From Myxococcales bacterium (lineage in GTDB: Bacteria; Myxococcota_A; Polyangia; Palsa-1104): a DNA stretch of 64,000 nucleotides. The translations under genes were made by a program, and so were the position numbers. This document shows positions 22,420 through 31,614 of the stretch, one piece after another. Under the pieces are notes generated by a model. The model did no database searches. It saw only the letters and a program-made list of their open reading frames with translations, and was not told the DNA's origin. The DNA is taken from the NCBI GenBank assembly GCA_043741435.1, contig JAYUBF010000332.1, positions 22,279 to 86,278 of the forward strand, in the 5' to 3' direction. The first letter of the stretch is position 1; each line of letters begins with the position of its first letter.

Positions 22420-23376
22420 ATGAACCGACGCAGCATCAGGGCCTTCGTGTCTTCCTTCTCCAGCGCTTGTGCCGTCGCGGTCGTCGCCGGGATAGGCGTC
22501 GGCGTTGCCGTTTGTGGATGCTCCGCCATGTCCGCTGCGCAAGGCGGTGTGCAAACGGGGATGGGTGGCGTGCAACAAGCGCAGGGCACCGGCGACCAGC
22601 TGAAGGGCATGGGCACTTCTGCCAAGGACCTCCTCACCGGCAAGAAAGCCGAAGAAGAGGGCAAAGGCGACGACGATGACCGCCTCCACGCCAAAGAGTC
22701 CGCCATCAACACGCCCCTCAACGACAAGCTCGACAACAAGAAGGGCGATCGCGAGGATTGGCGGAAGTTCGAGCTGCAGGGCAAGGCCGGCGTCGCCACC
22801 TTCGAGCTGTTCTGGGACGACGAGAAGGCAAACGTCGATCTCGACGTGTTCGACGCATTCGGCGTCAACATCGGTCGCAATCCGCCACGGATGGAAGGCC
22901 AGAGCGTCAGGCGCATCCTCGTGTCCATCCAGCGCCTCGGTACCTACTACGTGCGGGTGAAAGCACCGGGCGAGAAGGACAAGTCGATCTACACGCTCAA
23001 CGTGCGGTGGGCCGGTCCCCCGGCGGTCGCGCAGGTGCAGCCGCCACCGACGAACAATCCTCCCATCGCACCGACGCAGCCGGGCACGCCGCTCGTTCCG
23101 ATCACCCTGCTGACGGACCCGACCAAGCTGCTCGGCACCGTGATCAGCGCCTACCGCGACGGTCCGGGGTGGGTGCTCTATATCGACAAGGGCTCCTCGC
23201 AGAAGGTGCACCAGGGCATGTCGGGCGTGATGCTCGAGGGCCCCGAAGGCGAAAGGCTACTCGACCACGGGGAGCTCACCGTCAGCCAGGTGGTGGACGG
23301 AAACAAGAGCATTGCACGCACCAACCTCAAGAACCCCCCCGGCAAGAACAAGCGGGTGGTCCTGAACCTGAGGTAG
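22420..23376 (+). CDS. lipoprotein with a PPC-like (pre-peptidase C-terminal-like) beta domain and a conserved C-terminal domain of unknown function (paralog A)
   Basis: Signal peptide with lipobox AVCGC. Domain 1 (DREDWRKFELQGKAG...VDLDVFDAFG...GTYYVRVKAPGEKDKSIYTLNVRW) matches the next gene. A Pro-rich linker follows, then GTVISAYRDGPGWVLYIDKGS...LTVSQVVDGNKSIARTN. Confidence 0.6.
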   Translation: MNRRSIRAFVSSFSSACAVAVVAGIGVGVAVCGCSAMSAAQGGVQTGMGGVQQAQGTGDQLKGMGTSAKDLLTGKKAEEEGKGDDDDRLHAKESAINTPLNDKLDNKKGDREDWRKFELQGKAGVATFELFWDDEKANVDLDVFDAFGVNIGRNPPRMEGQSVRRILVSIQRLGTYYVRVKAPGEKDKSIYTLNVRWAGPPAVAQVQPPPTNNPPIAPTQPGTPLVPITLLTDPTKLLGTVISAYRDGPGWVLYIDKGSSQKVHQGMSGVMLEGPEGERLLDHGELTVSQVVDGNKSIARTNLKNPPGKNKRVVLNLR

Positions 23377-23406
23377 GTCGATCACGATGAGAGTGCGTTA
23401 CGATAG

Positions 23407-24246
23407 ATGCGCCTTCCCATGACCCGAGCTCTTGCGTCTCCTCTTATGTTCGTATTGCTGGTGTTCGCGGTGCTGGCGGTCGCCGGCGGTTGCGACGATC
23501 GCTTTCCACCCAACTTCGACGCCGACAAGCGCTCGGGCCCCGACGGCAAGCGCTCCGGCGCCAACGTGTTGCGCACCAACAAGTCGCGCACCGATGAGGT
23601 CAGCTTCGTCCAGCAAGATCGCACCGACTGGTTCGTGGTGACGTTGAAGGGCCCACCCAACGTGCTCGCCGCCGAGCTGCACTGGGACAACGCCAAGAGC
23701 GACCTCATGGTCGACGTCTTCGACGAGTTCGGAAAACAGATCTCCGCTTCTCCGACGAGAGCGCCCGGCTCCACGCAAAAGATGTTGCTGACGCAGATCG
23801 ATCATCCGGGCGTGTTCTACATCCGCGTGTCGGCGCCGAAGCCCGACGACGGCAGTGTCTACACGATGGAAGCGAAGTGGGACACGCCACCGGATCTGCC
23901 GGCCGAGGTGCCGGTCATCCCGGTGCCGCTGCCACGTGAGGCGACGCCACGCGAGCCGAAGCCGAAGCACATCCCCAAGGAAGATCCGCCGCAGGAGACC
24001 ATCCAAGGTCACATCGTCAGCGCGTATCGCGAAGGTGGGTCGCTCACCATCCACATCGACAAGGGCTCGGGCGCCGGCGTGAAGGTCGGCATGAGCGGTA
24101 ACATCCTCACCGGCCCGTCGGGAGAGGATCCGTTGTCGGGCGGTAGCTTCCGCATCACGCAGGTGCTCGATGAGCGCAAGAGCGTCGCGCGCGCCTCCAT
24201 CGGCACCATCGGCAAGAACACCCGCGTCGCGATCACGGTGCGCTAG
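23407..24246 (+). CDS. lipoprotein, paralog B of the preceding gene (PPC-like domain plus the same C-terminal domain)
   Basis: Lipobox VAGGC. DRTDWFVVTLKGPPN...MVDVFDEFG...GVFYIRVSAPKPDDGSVYTMEAKW, then GHIVSAYREGGSLTIHIDKGS...FRITQVLDERKSVARAS. Clearly alignable to 22420..23376 by eye. Confidence 0.6.
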   Translation: MRLPMTRALASPLMFVLLVFAVLAVAGGCDDRFPPNFDADKRSGPDGKRSGANVLRTNKSRTDEVSFVQQDRTDWFVVTLKGPPNVLAAELHWDNAKSDLMVDVFDEFGKQISASPTRAPGSTQKMLLTQIDHPGVFYIRVSAPKPDDGSVYTMEAKWDTPPDLPAEVPVIPVPLPREATPREPKPKHIPKEDPPQETIQGHIVSAYREGGSLTIHIDKGSGAGVKVGMSGNILTGPSGEDPLSGGSFRITQVLDERKSVARASIGTIGKNTRVAITVR

Positions 24247-24247
24247 G

Positions 24248-25513
24248 GTGGCAGCGGGCGGCAACGATCCGCTCGTCGGCAAGGTCCTCGCCGATCGCTT
24301 CGAGATCCTCGAGCGCGTCGGCGACGGTGGCACGGGCGTCGTCTATCGCGCCAAGCAACTCTCGGTCGACCGCATCATCGCCGTGAAGGTCCTCGGCGCC
24401 CATGTCTCCACCGACCCTCAGTGGATGAAGCGCTTCCAGAACGAAGCGCGCGCCGCTTGCAAGCTCGAGCATCCCAACACCGTCCGCGTGCTCGACTTCG
24501 GGCAGACACGAGAGGGGCTGCTCTTCATCGCCATGGAGTACCTGCACGGTCGATCGCTGCGCGCGGAGATCGAGCGCTCGGGGCGCATGCAGCCCGTGCG
24601 CGTGTTGCAGATCGTCTCGCAGATCAGCGCGTCGCTCGCCGAGGCGCACATGATGGGGATCATCCATCGAGACATCAAGCCGGACAACGTGTTCCTCGTG
24701 GACATGAAGGGCGGTGGTGACATGGTGAAGGTGCTCGACTTCTCCGTCGCCAAGAGTGACTCACCCGACGCACAGCTCACGCGCGTCGGCGTGGTGTTCG
24801 GCACGCCCGCATACATGAGCCCCGAGCAAGGGCGCGGGATTCCGCTCGGGCCAGCGTCGGATCTCTACGCGGTCGGCATCGTCGCCTACGAGATGCTGAC
24901 GGGACGTCCTCCATTCCAAGCCACCATCCCCACCGAGGTGGTGATGATGCACCTGCGCAATGCGCCGCCGCCGATGCAGGGCGTACCACCAGCGCTGGCG
25001 AGCCTGGTGATGCGCACGCTCGAGAAGGACCCGAAGCGTCGTCCGCAATCGGCGACCGAGCTCGAGCAGCTGTCACAACAAGTGATGACAGAGCTCGGCG
25101 GCTACGGAAGCGGGAATCGCGTCGCTACGCCGCCACCTCGCTCTGCCGTCAGCAGCTCCGATCCGTATCTGCAATCGCATCCGCGAACGCAGGCGTTGCC
25201 TCCGCCGGGCGCGCCCGTGCTGATGGGCGACCGCGTGCTGCCTTCGGGCCATCCGGGCGGAACGATGGTCTTGCCCGAAGGTGGCTTGCCCGCGGGCACC
25301 GCTGGTCTGCCGCACAGCATTCCGTCGGGGAACTGGAACCAGCAGCAGCAGGTCGCTCAAGGCTTCAACGGTGCCGAGGACATCACTTTCGCCGGCCAGA
25401 CCAGCCTCCCGCCGGCACCCGCTGGCGCGCTCTTCTGGCTCGCGTGGATCCTGCTCGGCATCGGAGGTGGGCTCGCTGCTCACTTCTTCGTTCCGCATCG
25501 ACCTTTTTTCTGA
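24248..25513 (+). CDS. Hanks-type Ser/Thr protein kinase with a C-terminal TM anchor
   Basis: GxGxxG loop (GDGGTGVVY), VAVK, HRDIKPDN, the DFS variant of DFG (VLDFSVA) and APE (SPEQ). A C-terminal hydrophobic helix (ALFWLAWILLGIGGGLAA) follows. I called a GTG start at 24248 that overlaps the TAG stop of the upstream lipoprotein gene (TAGGGTG); the annotated ORF begins at 24170. Confidence 0.85.
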   Translation: MAAGGNDPLVGKVLADRFEILERVGDGGTGVVYRAKQLSVDRIIAVKVLGAHVSTDPQWMKRFQNEARAACKLEHPNTVRVLDFGQTREGLLFIAMEYLHGRSLRAEIERSGRMQPVRVLQIVSQISASLAEAHMMGIIHRDIKPDNVFLVDMKGGGDMVKVLDFSVAKSDSPDAQLTRVGVVFGTPAYMSPEQGRGIPLGPASDLYAVGIVAYEMLTGRPPFQATIPTEVVMMHLRNAPPPMQGVPPALASLVMRTLEKDPKRRPQSATELEQLSQQVMTELGGYGSGNRVATPPPRSAVSSSDPYLQSHPRTQALPPPGAPVLMGDRVLPSGHPGGTMVLPEGGLPAGTAGLPHSIPSGNWNQQQQVAQGFNGAEDITFAGQTSLPPAPAGALFWLAWILLGIGGGLAAHFFVPHRPFF

Positions 25514-25525
25514 GAGGGGGTCCTC

Positions 25526-26119
25526 GTGCCTGGCGGTGGGATCGACGATCCGGAAGAGCTCCTCGCGGCGTTCCAGGCACAGCTTGCGGACCACGATGCG
25601 CAGACGTCGGCCCCCGATGCGTCGGAAGAAGCGCCTAAGCAGACGTTGCGCGAGCGGGTCGTGCAAGCGGCGGATCCCGCGCTCGTGGCGCGCCTCGAGG
25701 CGCGGCGCGATGTCGACCTGATCCGCACGCCACCGACGGTCACGTACCTGCGAGAGATGCCTACGCACCTCGATCCCGCGGTGTGGCGCACGGGCTTCCT
25801 CGATGTGCACGAGGCCCCTATCCCCGCGGCCATGTGGGACATGCTTCACGATCCCGTTCCTCAGGCGTTGCTGCGTGACCTGTTCCGTCCGGTGTTCTCC
25901 GAGCCGAGGGCCTACCACCGCATGGAGACGGGGCTCGACCCTGGGGCGCGCCGAGCGTTCGAGCTGATCCAGGAATCGCAGCGACGAGAAGCGCCCGTGA
26001 CGACGGAGACGTTGAGCGAAGCGATCACGCGGCGGCAGAACGAGTGGCGCGCCTTCCTGCGGGAGCCATGGCGGCCCTGGCTCGACGACGAGGCGCCGCG
26101 ACGCGAGGTCTTCGTCTAG
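25526..26119 (+). CDS. hypothetical protein
   Basis: ORF 12 bp downstream of the kinase stop, with no recognisable motif. Confidence 0.45.
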   Translation: MPGGGIDDPEELLAAFQAQLADHDAQTSAPDASEEAPKQTLRERVVQAADPALVARLEARRDVDLIRTPPTVTYLREMPTHLDPAVWRTGFLDVHEAPIPAAMWDMLHDPVPQALLRDLFRPVFSEPRAYHRMETGLDPGARRAFELIQESQRREAPVTTETLSEAITRRQNEWRAFLREPWRPWLDDEAPRREVFV

Positions 26120-26122
26120 ATC

Positions 26123-27004
26123 TCATAGTCGCGTGTCGAACGGGCACACCGAAGGCGCCTCGTATGAAGGGGTCGTCGAGTCGCCAATCTCGTAGTCGGG
26201 TCGTGCTGCGTAGACGCACGAACGGAACGCGATGCCGTTCATGCCCGGCGAGAGATCTGCGCGACCCGGACACCCGCCGAGCTCGAGGAGACGAGCGGCA
26301 ACGTAGCAGTCGAGGAACAGCCGGCGGTCGAGCGCTCGATTGAGCAGCGAGCTCAACGCGGCCAGCGTGCGCAGCCAGAACGCGCGATCGCAGAACGGCG
26401 GTGGCGGCTTGAGCGCGCTCAGTGCGACGCCGGTCAGCTCGGGAAGGTCGACCAGCGCGCCGAGCAGGCCCTCCTCGACGAGGAGCGAGGCGAACGTAGG
26501 CGTCGCCAGCGTGGCGAGCGCGATGATCTCCAGCTCGGCCTTCGCGGAGCGAGCGGCCGCGGCAGCGCGTCGCACGACGCGCAAGATCTTCGGGGCATCG
26601 CCGCCTATCTTCCAGGCGTCGACGCTGAAGTTGAGGCGCTGTGCGTGGTGCAACAGCTGCGGATGGGCAGCGGCGACCTCGATCGTGGTGGTGAGCGTGG
26701 CGGGCAGACCCCGGCGCGCGGCGGCAGCACAGAGCCGCGCGACCGCGACTTCGTCCACCGGTTCGCTCACCGCGATGGCGAGCTCGGCGAACGCGAGCCG
26801 ATCGATCGCTCGCTCCAGCTGGTCGACAGAATGGGCCTTCTTCGAGGCCCGCGCGCGCGCGCCACGCCCGAGCCCGAGCCCAAGCCCGATCAGCGGCTCG
26901 GCCGCTTGCCGGGCACCCAGGTAGCAGAAAGGACAAGCGACCGCACACGGCGCGCCGTCGAGGTGCACCGACAACACTCCGATAGAGGTCATGTGCGTTG
27001 ACAC
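26123..27004 (-). CDS. hypothetical protein with an N-terminal radical-SAM-type CX3CX2C motif
   Basis: GAPCAVACPFCYLG near residue 20. Nothing else diagnostic; the rest is Ala/Leu-rich. Confidence 0.4.
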   Translation of the reverse strand: MSTHMTSIGVLSVHLDGAPCAVACPFCYLGARQAAEPLIGLGLGLGRGARARASKKAHSVDQLERAIDRLAFAELAIAVSEPVDEVAVARLCAAAARRGLPATLTTTIEVAAAHPQLLHHAQRLNFSVDAWKIGGDAPKILRVVRRAAAAARSAKAELEIIALATLATPTFASLLVEEGLLGALVDLPELTGVALSALKPPPPFCDRAFWLRTLAALSSLLNRALDRRLFLDCYVAARLLELGGCPGRADLSPGMNGIAFRSCVYAARPDYEIGDSTTPSYEAPSVCPFDTRL

Positions 27005-27036
27005 CTTGTCTTTGGGTGAAATAGCATTTTGGCGAG

Positions 27037-27774
27037 ATGCCCATCGCCCTCGAGAGTGCTGGTAAGACCGACGTAGGGCTGGTGCGGGAGAAGAACGAAG
27101 ACGCGATGTTGCTCGAGCCGGCGTACGGGCTCTACGTCGTGTGCGACGGCATGGGCGGCCACGTCGGTGGTCAGGTCGCGAGCCAGCTCGCCGTCGCCAC
27201 CATGTCCGAGGTCGTGCGCACCAAGAATCCGGCCCCCACCGAGGACGACACCGACATCTTGGTCACGGCGATCCGTGCCGCGAACAACGCCGTGTTCGGG
27301 AAGGCCAAGGCCGAGCCCGCTCTGCACAACATGGGCACCACCGTCGTGGCGCTGCGGGGTGAAGGCAACTTCATGCACGTGTGCCACGTGGGAGACAGCC
27401 GCATCTACCGGCTGCGCCAGGGCAACTTCGAGCAGATCACGCGCGACCACTCGCTCATCAACCTCTACGAAGAGAACCCCGAGCTGGCGATTCGCTTCGG
27501 TCCGCCGAACGCGAACGTCATCGTGCGCGCGGTGGGCCTGCGCGACGGCGTCGAAGTGGATCACCGCAAGATCTCCCTCGAGGCCGGCGACATCTTCTTG
27601 CTGTGCTGCGACGGCCTCACCGACATGGTCGACGACTGGATGCTGAAGGAGATGCTCCTCGACGGCTCCAATGGCTCGCTCGACGAGTGCTGCGACACGA
27701 TGGTGCGCGCTGCCCTGACCAATGGCGGCGTGGACAACACCACGGTGGTCTTGGTCCGCGTCTCGGAAGTCTAG
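27037..27774 (+). CDS. PP2C-family Ser/Thr protein phosphatase
   Basis: PP2C motifs GKTDVGLVREKNED, VCDGMGGH, GTTVV, VGDSR and CCDGLTD. Confidence 0.85.
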   Translation: MPIALESAGKTDVGLVREKNEDAMLLEPAYGLYVVCDGMGGHVGGQVASQLAVATMSEVVRTKNPAPTEDDTDILVTAIRAANNAVFGKAKAEPALHNMGTTVVALRGEGNFMHVCHVGDSRIYRLRQGNFEQITRDHSLINLYEENPELAIRFGPPNANVIVRAVGLRDGVEVDHRKISLEAGDIFLLCCDGLTDMVDDWMLKEMLLDGSNGSLDECCDTMVRAALTNGGVDNTTVVLVRVSEV

Positions 27775-27776
27775 CT

Positions 27777-28205
27777 TCAACAGCTCTTGCGCAGCGTGGC
27801 CGCCTGAGTGAACGCGGCGAACGAATCTGCGTAGCGACGTGTCCGCGCGCGCAACCGGGCAATGCGCAGCCACAGCTCGGGGCCAGCACCAGGCAAGGTG
27901 GCGGCCTCGGTGAGTGAGGTGTCGGCGCCGGGAAAATCACCGCTCAAGATCTGCGCTTCACCGAGCGCCTCGAGGAGGATGCGGCGCCGTCGCCCGCGCG
28001 GCGACTGGCCGAGGCCTCCGCGCAGCGTGGTGGTGGCACGCGGTGGATCGTCGCGCAGCTGCACCATCGCGAGGCCGATCCGCGCCTCGAGGAAGCTCGG
28101 GCACAGCTCGACCGCGGCAGAGAACGCCTCGCGCGCGGCTGGCGCATCACCCCGGAGGCGTGCTTCGCGTCCGCGCAGGAAGTAGCGACGAGCGACCGCG
28201 CTCAC
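27777..28205 (-). CDS. TPR-repeat protein
   Basis: Helical repeats with a TPR-like pattern (A..Y...G......A...F..A). Confidence 0.5.
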   Translation of the reverse strand: MSAVARRYFLRGREARLRGDAPAAREAFSAAVELCPSFLEARIGLAMVQLRDDPPRATTTLRGGLGQSPRGRRRRILLEALGEAQILSGDFPGADTSLTEAATLPGAGPELWLRIARLRARTRRYADSFAAFTQAATLRKSC

Positions 28206-28209
28206 GACG

Positions 28210-28677
28210 CTAGTCTACTTCCAGCAGGGAGAAGCGCGTGCCGGTGTCCGATGGGCTCGGCTCTTCCTTGGCCTGCGCGGCAGGCGCAGCCGCTTGCGGT
28301 GCAGCAACGGGCGGCTGCGGCATGGGCGCGACCACCACCGTAGTGGTTGGGAGTGCGACCGCGGCAGGACGTGCTTGTAGGCGGATGCTACGACCATCGG
28401 AACGAACGCTGACGTCGGCGCCGGTGACCTCGAAGAGCGCAAGCTCCGGACAATCGACGTGGGTCTGCAACCAGACCATGAGTTCTGGAAATGCCATGCC
28501 CTCGATGTCGGTGCGCGCATCGAGCACGTTGCCTGCCGAGGACAAGGGTTGCGAGCCCTCGACGACGTATTCCTTGAACACGAGCGCGAGCACCTCGGCG
28601 AGCGAGTCACGCGAAAAGCTATCGAGCGCGCGCCGGATGTCCGTGAGGGCGCGACGAATCTGTTGTGGATCGTTCAT
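28210..28677 (-). CDS. hypothetical protein
   Basis: ORF packed between the TPR and pentapeptide genes, with a C-terminal Pro/Ala-rich tail. Confidence 0.45.
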   Translation of the reverse strand: MNDPQQIRRALTDIRRALDSFSRDSLAEVLALVFKEYVVEGSQPLSSAGNVLDARTDIEGMAFPELMVWLQTHVDCPELALFEVTGADVSVRSDGRSIRLQARPAAVALPTTTVVVAPMPQPPVAAPQAAAPAAQAKEEPSPSDTGTRFSLLEVD

Positions 28678-29390
28678 TCGGTTCTCCCCGCGAGGGCACC
28701 TTCGCGCTGGTCACGCAGCGCATCGGGTAAATCGGCGCCGATGGTTTGGCAGCCGACCAGCCGAGCACCAGTGGCTTCTGCTCCGGTGAGGGTAGCGCCC
28801 GAAAGATCGCAGCGCACGAACAACGCGCCGGCGAGGTCGGCGCGGTACAGATTGGCTCCGGACAGGTTGCAATCGATGAGCACGGCTCCGCTCAGCTTGG
28901 CGCGTGTCAGCTCGACGGCGGTGTTCGGCCGTGGGTCGGAGAAGCGGCAGCGGATCAGCGTGGCCCCGACGAGCCTGATGCCATAGAGCTGCGTCTCCAC
29001 GCAGCCGACATCGACCCATCGCGCGCCCGAGGCATCGACGTTGGCCAGCGTGCCGCGCAGAAAGGAGATGCGCTCCATGTGTGCTTCGACGAGCGACGCC
29101 TCGGTGAGGTCGGTGTCCTCGAAGCGCGCGTCCACGAGCACCGCCTCTTCGAAGCGGGCCTGCCGCAGGTCTACGCGCAGGAAGCTGGTGCGCCCGAGGT
29201 CGGCACGCGCGAAGTGGGACCCGGACAGGGCCATGCGCTCGAAGCGCGTGTCGTCGAGCACGGCAGGGGCCATGCGAAGCCCGGCGCAGTCGAAGCCCTG
29301 CACCGCTCGACCGCGAAGACCGCCTTCCTCGAGCAGGATCCGGACCTGCTCGCGACTCTCGATCACCGTGGCCGGCGGAACGGCGGTCAT
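28674..29390 (-). CDS. pentapeptide-repeat protein
   Basis: Long run of A(D/N)LxG/A(N/D)LSG pentapeptide units (ANLYRADLAGALFVRCDLSGATLTGAEATGARLVG). Confidence 0.75.
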   Translation of the reverse strand: MTAVPPATVIESREQVRILLEEGGLRGRAVQGFDCAGLRMAPAVLDDTRFERMALSGSHFARADLGRTSFLRVDLRQARFEEAVLVDARFEDTDLTEASLVEAHMERISFLRGTLANVDASGARWVDVGCVETQLYGIRLVGATLIRCRFSDPRPNTAVELTRAKLSGAVLIDCNLSGANLYRADLAGALFVRCDLSGATLTGAEATGARLVGCQTIGADLPDALRDQREGALAGRTE

Positions 29391-29408
29391 GGGCTCCTCA
29401 TGCGGAGG

Positions 29409-30041
29409 TCACCTGTCGTCGAACCCGAGGAGGTCCGCGTCGAGGCGACGGGCGTCGGCCACTTTCTCGAGGACCCGAAGCAAGATCTTCTCTCGGCGCT
29501 TTTCCGGATCGGCTGCCTTGGGTGCGTCGCCACCTTGGTCGCCCGCGAGCGACTTCGCTTCCGCATGCTCGGCTTCGCGCTCGTGTGCGGCGCCTTGACC
29601 ACCCTGCTCGAGCGCGAAGTTCATACCGCTCTGCGCTTGCTTGACGTGGGTGAGCTCGTGAGCGAGGAGCGCTCGACCTTCGCGCGTCTTGAGGTTCGTG
29701 CGAGGCGTGTCGCGCAACAGCACGAGGCCGGTACTTCCGACGGTGACAGCGTCGGCGCGATGACGACGGGTCACGCGCTCGGCGAAAGAGCCGCGGATGA
29801 TTCGGACGTCGCCGAAGTTGCCGCCAAGCTGCTTCTCCATGCGTTGGCGCGTGTCGGCATCGAGCTTCTCCGAATGGCCAGCACCGGACGCGGTGATGTG
29901 GCCCAGGCGTGACGCGTCGTAGCGGCGCGCCACGTCAGTGGCCAACGATTCGAGCTGGGCCTCTTCCCGCGCGGCGAGGCGAGTGCGCTCGTCGGCACTG
30001 AGGTTGAGATCGTCGAGAGACTTCGGATCGTCAGTCGCCAT
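29409..30041 (-). CDS. DUF4157-family protein (putative Zn-metallopeptidase-like; HExxH-like HELTHVKQ)
   Basis: Central motif ALLAHELTHVKQAQSG, matching my recollection of the DUF4157 signature (HEL.HV.Q). Start at the ATG at 30039-30041; the ORF track starts at an upstream TTG. Confidence 0.6.
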   Translation of the reverse strand: MATDDPKSLDDLNLSADERTRLAAREEAQLESLATDVARRYDASRLGHITASGAGHSEKLDADTRQRMEKQLGGNFGDVRIIRGSFAERVTRRHRADAVTVGSTGLVLLRDTPRTNLKTREGRALLAHELTHVKQAQSGMNFALEQGGQGAAHEREAEHAEAKSLAGDQGGDAPKAADPEKRREKILLRVLEKVADARRLDADLLGFDDR

Positions 30042-30137
30042 GTGTTGCAGGCACCTCGACAAAAAGCATAGCCCGGGTCCTGGCTTTCGAAAAGCACGTG
30101 GTCGATTGGTCTCCCAGGTGAACGACTACTCGGAGAC

Positions 30138-30545
30138 TTACTTGTCGAGCTCCTGGGTCATCATGTCCCAGCCCGTATACGACTGGCCGTCATGGGTTGC
30201 GGTGCCGACGCCCGCCTTGAAGGTGAAGGTGGTGGCGGTGCCGCGGACGATCTGCAGCGTCTTCATCTGACACACGGCCTTCTTCGAGGCGGCGTCATTA
30301 CAGTAAGCGGCCGGGCCAGAGGCGACGCTCTCGGCGACGTGTTTTACCTGGTAGAGATCGTCGTTGTTCTTGGTGGTGCTCTCGGTCACCGTGATCTTGA
30401 GCGCACATCCGCACGCGGCCTTGAACTTGGTCTCGGCATCTTTCACGGCCGGCTCCACGTCGCTCTTCATGTACTCCCGCTCGGCCTTACCAGCCAATGC
30501 GGTGATGGAAAGAAACAACGATGCGGTGACGAACAAGCGCTTCAT
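30138..30545 (-). CDS. small secreted protein (signal peptide, 4 Cys)
   Basis: Signal peptide MKRLFVTASLFLSITALAG. Local GC is clearly below the window average. Confidence 0.5.
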   Translation of the reverse strand: MKRLFVTASLFLSITALAGKAEREYMKSDVEPAVKDAETKFKAACGCALKITVTESTTKNNDDLYQVKHVAESVASGPAAYCNDAASKKAVCQMKTLQIVRGTATTFTFKAGVGTATHDGQSYTGWDMMTQELDK

Positions 30546-31009
30546 GGATGCTCCTTGGTATCGGGGTGGATGGCTTTGACGATATCGTCGACTCGAAATT
30601 TATCGGAGGCGGTTTCAGAGTAGGTGAGCTCGAACTCGGTCGACGACTTCGGCTGGAAGAACGTCCAGCGGTTGTCGCGGGCGGCCAGCAGGACCGTTCT
30701 ATACGGCTTGCTGCCGCGCTTGTGATCGAGATAGGCGTTCTTCGTCCCGTGCCCGAGGTCTTCGTACGAGTAACGCAGGGTTTTGCCTTCGAGCTCCCCA
30801 CCGAGATTCTTCAAGTAGACGAGAATCTCTTTGCCCTCGTTGATCTCGAGCATGACGACGACCTGGCCTTCAGGCCCTTTGAACGCTTTGAGCGGCCCCG
30901 AAGGCGTGACCTTGGCACCGAAGGTGGTGGTGATCCGATCGTCTGCCCGTGACTGTAGCGCGGGCGCCACACACAAGACGACCAAGGTCACGAACAGCAG
31001 CGAACGCAT
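30542..31009 (-). CDS. small secreted protein
   Basis: Signal peptide MRSLLFVTLVVLCVAPALQSRA. The ATG overlaps the TGA stop of the upstream gene (TGATG), so the two genes appear translationally coupled. The annotated ORF extends to a TTG at 31063. Confidence 0.5.
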   Translation of the reverse strand: MRSLLFVTLVVLCVAPALQSRADDRITTTFGAKVTPSGPLKAFKGPEGQVVVMLEINEGKEILVYLKNLGGELEGKTLRYSYEDLGHGTKNAYLDHKRGSKPYRTVLLAARDNRWTFFQPKSSTEFELTYSETASDKFRVDDIVKAIHPDTKEHP

Positions 31010-31614
31010 CAACGCCCCTTCCCGCACGATTTTACGACGTTCTCTTCCATCAACACCTCGCAAGCATTTTTACTCAGGTAGGCGTCGGGTCTATCTTTCT
31101 CTTCGAGGAAGTCAGCGCGGAATTCTTTGTCCTTCAGACATTGCTTGACGACGTTCTTCGCTTTCGCGTAGTTCGACGAAGGGTTCGTGTTCTTGGGATG
31201 CGACAGCGTCTTGGTAAGGACCTCGTAGGCGGCGAGCTCGTTGCAGCCGCTCAGCGCGTGACCGACGAGCACTGCGACCAAGGCGACCGAGTTTTCCGGC
31301 GCGCTGAGCCGCTTGACCGAGCCGATGAAGTCGAGGTCGGTGGCCTTGCTCTTCAGCGGCTCGAGCACGGCCACAGCCCTTTCGATGCAGCGCATCTGAA
31401 GCTCTACCTGTCCGAGGAGCCGGGTCTGATCACCGGTTTCGGTCTTGGTGCTCTCCACCAGGTGATCCATTTGCAGGCACTTCTCGAACCCCTCCAGGGT
31501 TTTGAAGGCAAACAAGTCGGCCCGAGCGATCGCAGGCGACAAAAGGACCGTCACGAAGGCGAGCGCTGTGGGCCCTACGAAACGCGTCCGGAAGCTTGGC
31601 ACAGTCATCTCCAT
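31009..31614 (-). CDS. secreted protein (signal peptide, 6 Cys)
   Basis: Signal peptide ...ALAFVTVLLSPAIARA. Lower-GC region. Confidence 0.5.
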   Translation of the reverse strand: MEMTVPSFRTRFVGPTALAFVTVLLSPAIARADLFAFKTLEGFEKCLQMDHLVESTKTETGDQTRLLGQVELQMRCIERAVAVLEPLKSKATDLDFIGSVKRLSAPENSVALVAVLVGHALSGCNELAAYEVLTKTLSHPKNTNPSSNYAKAKNVVKQCLKDKEFRADFLEEKDRPDAYLSKNACEVLMEENVVKSCGKGR

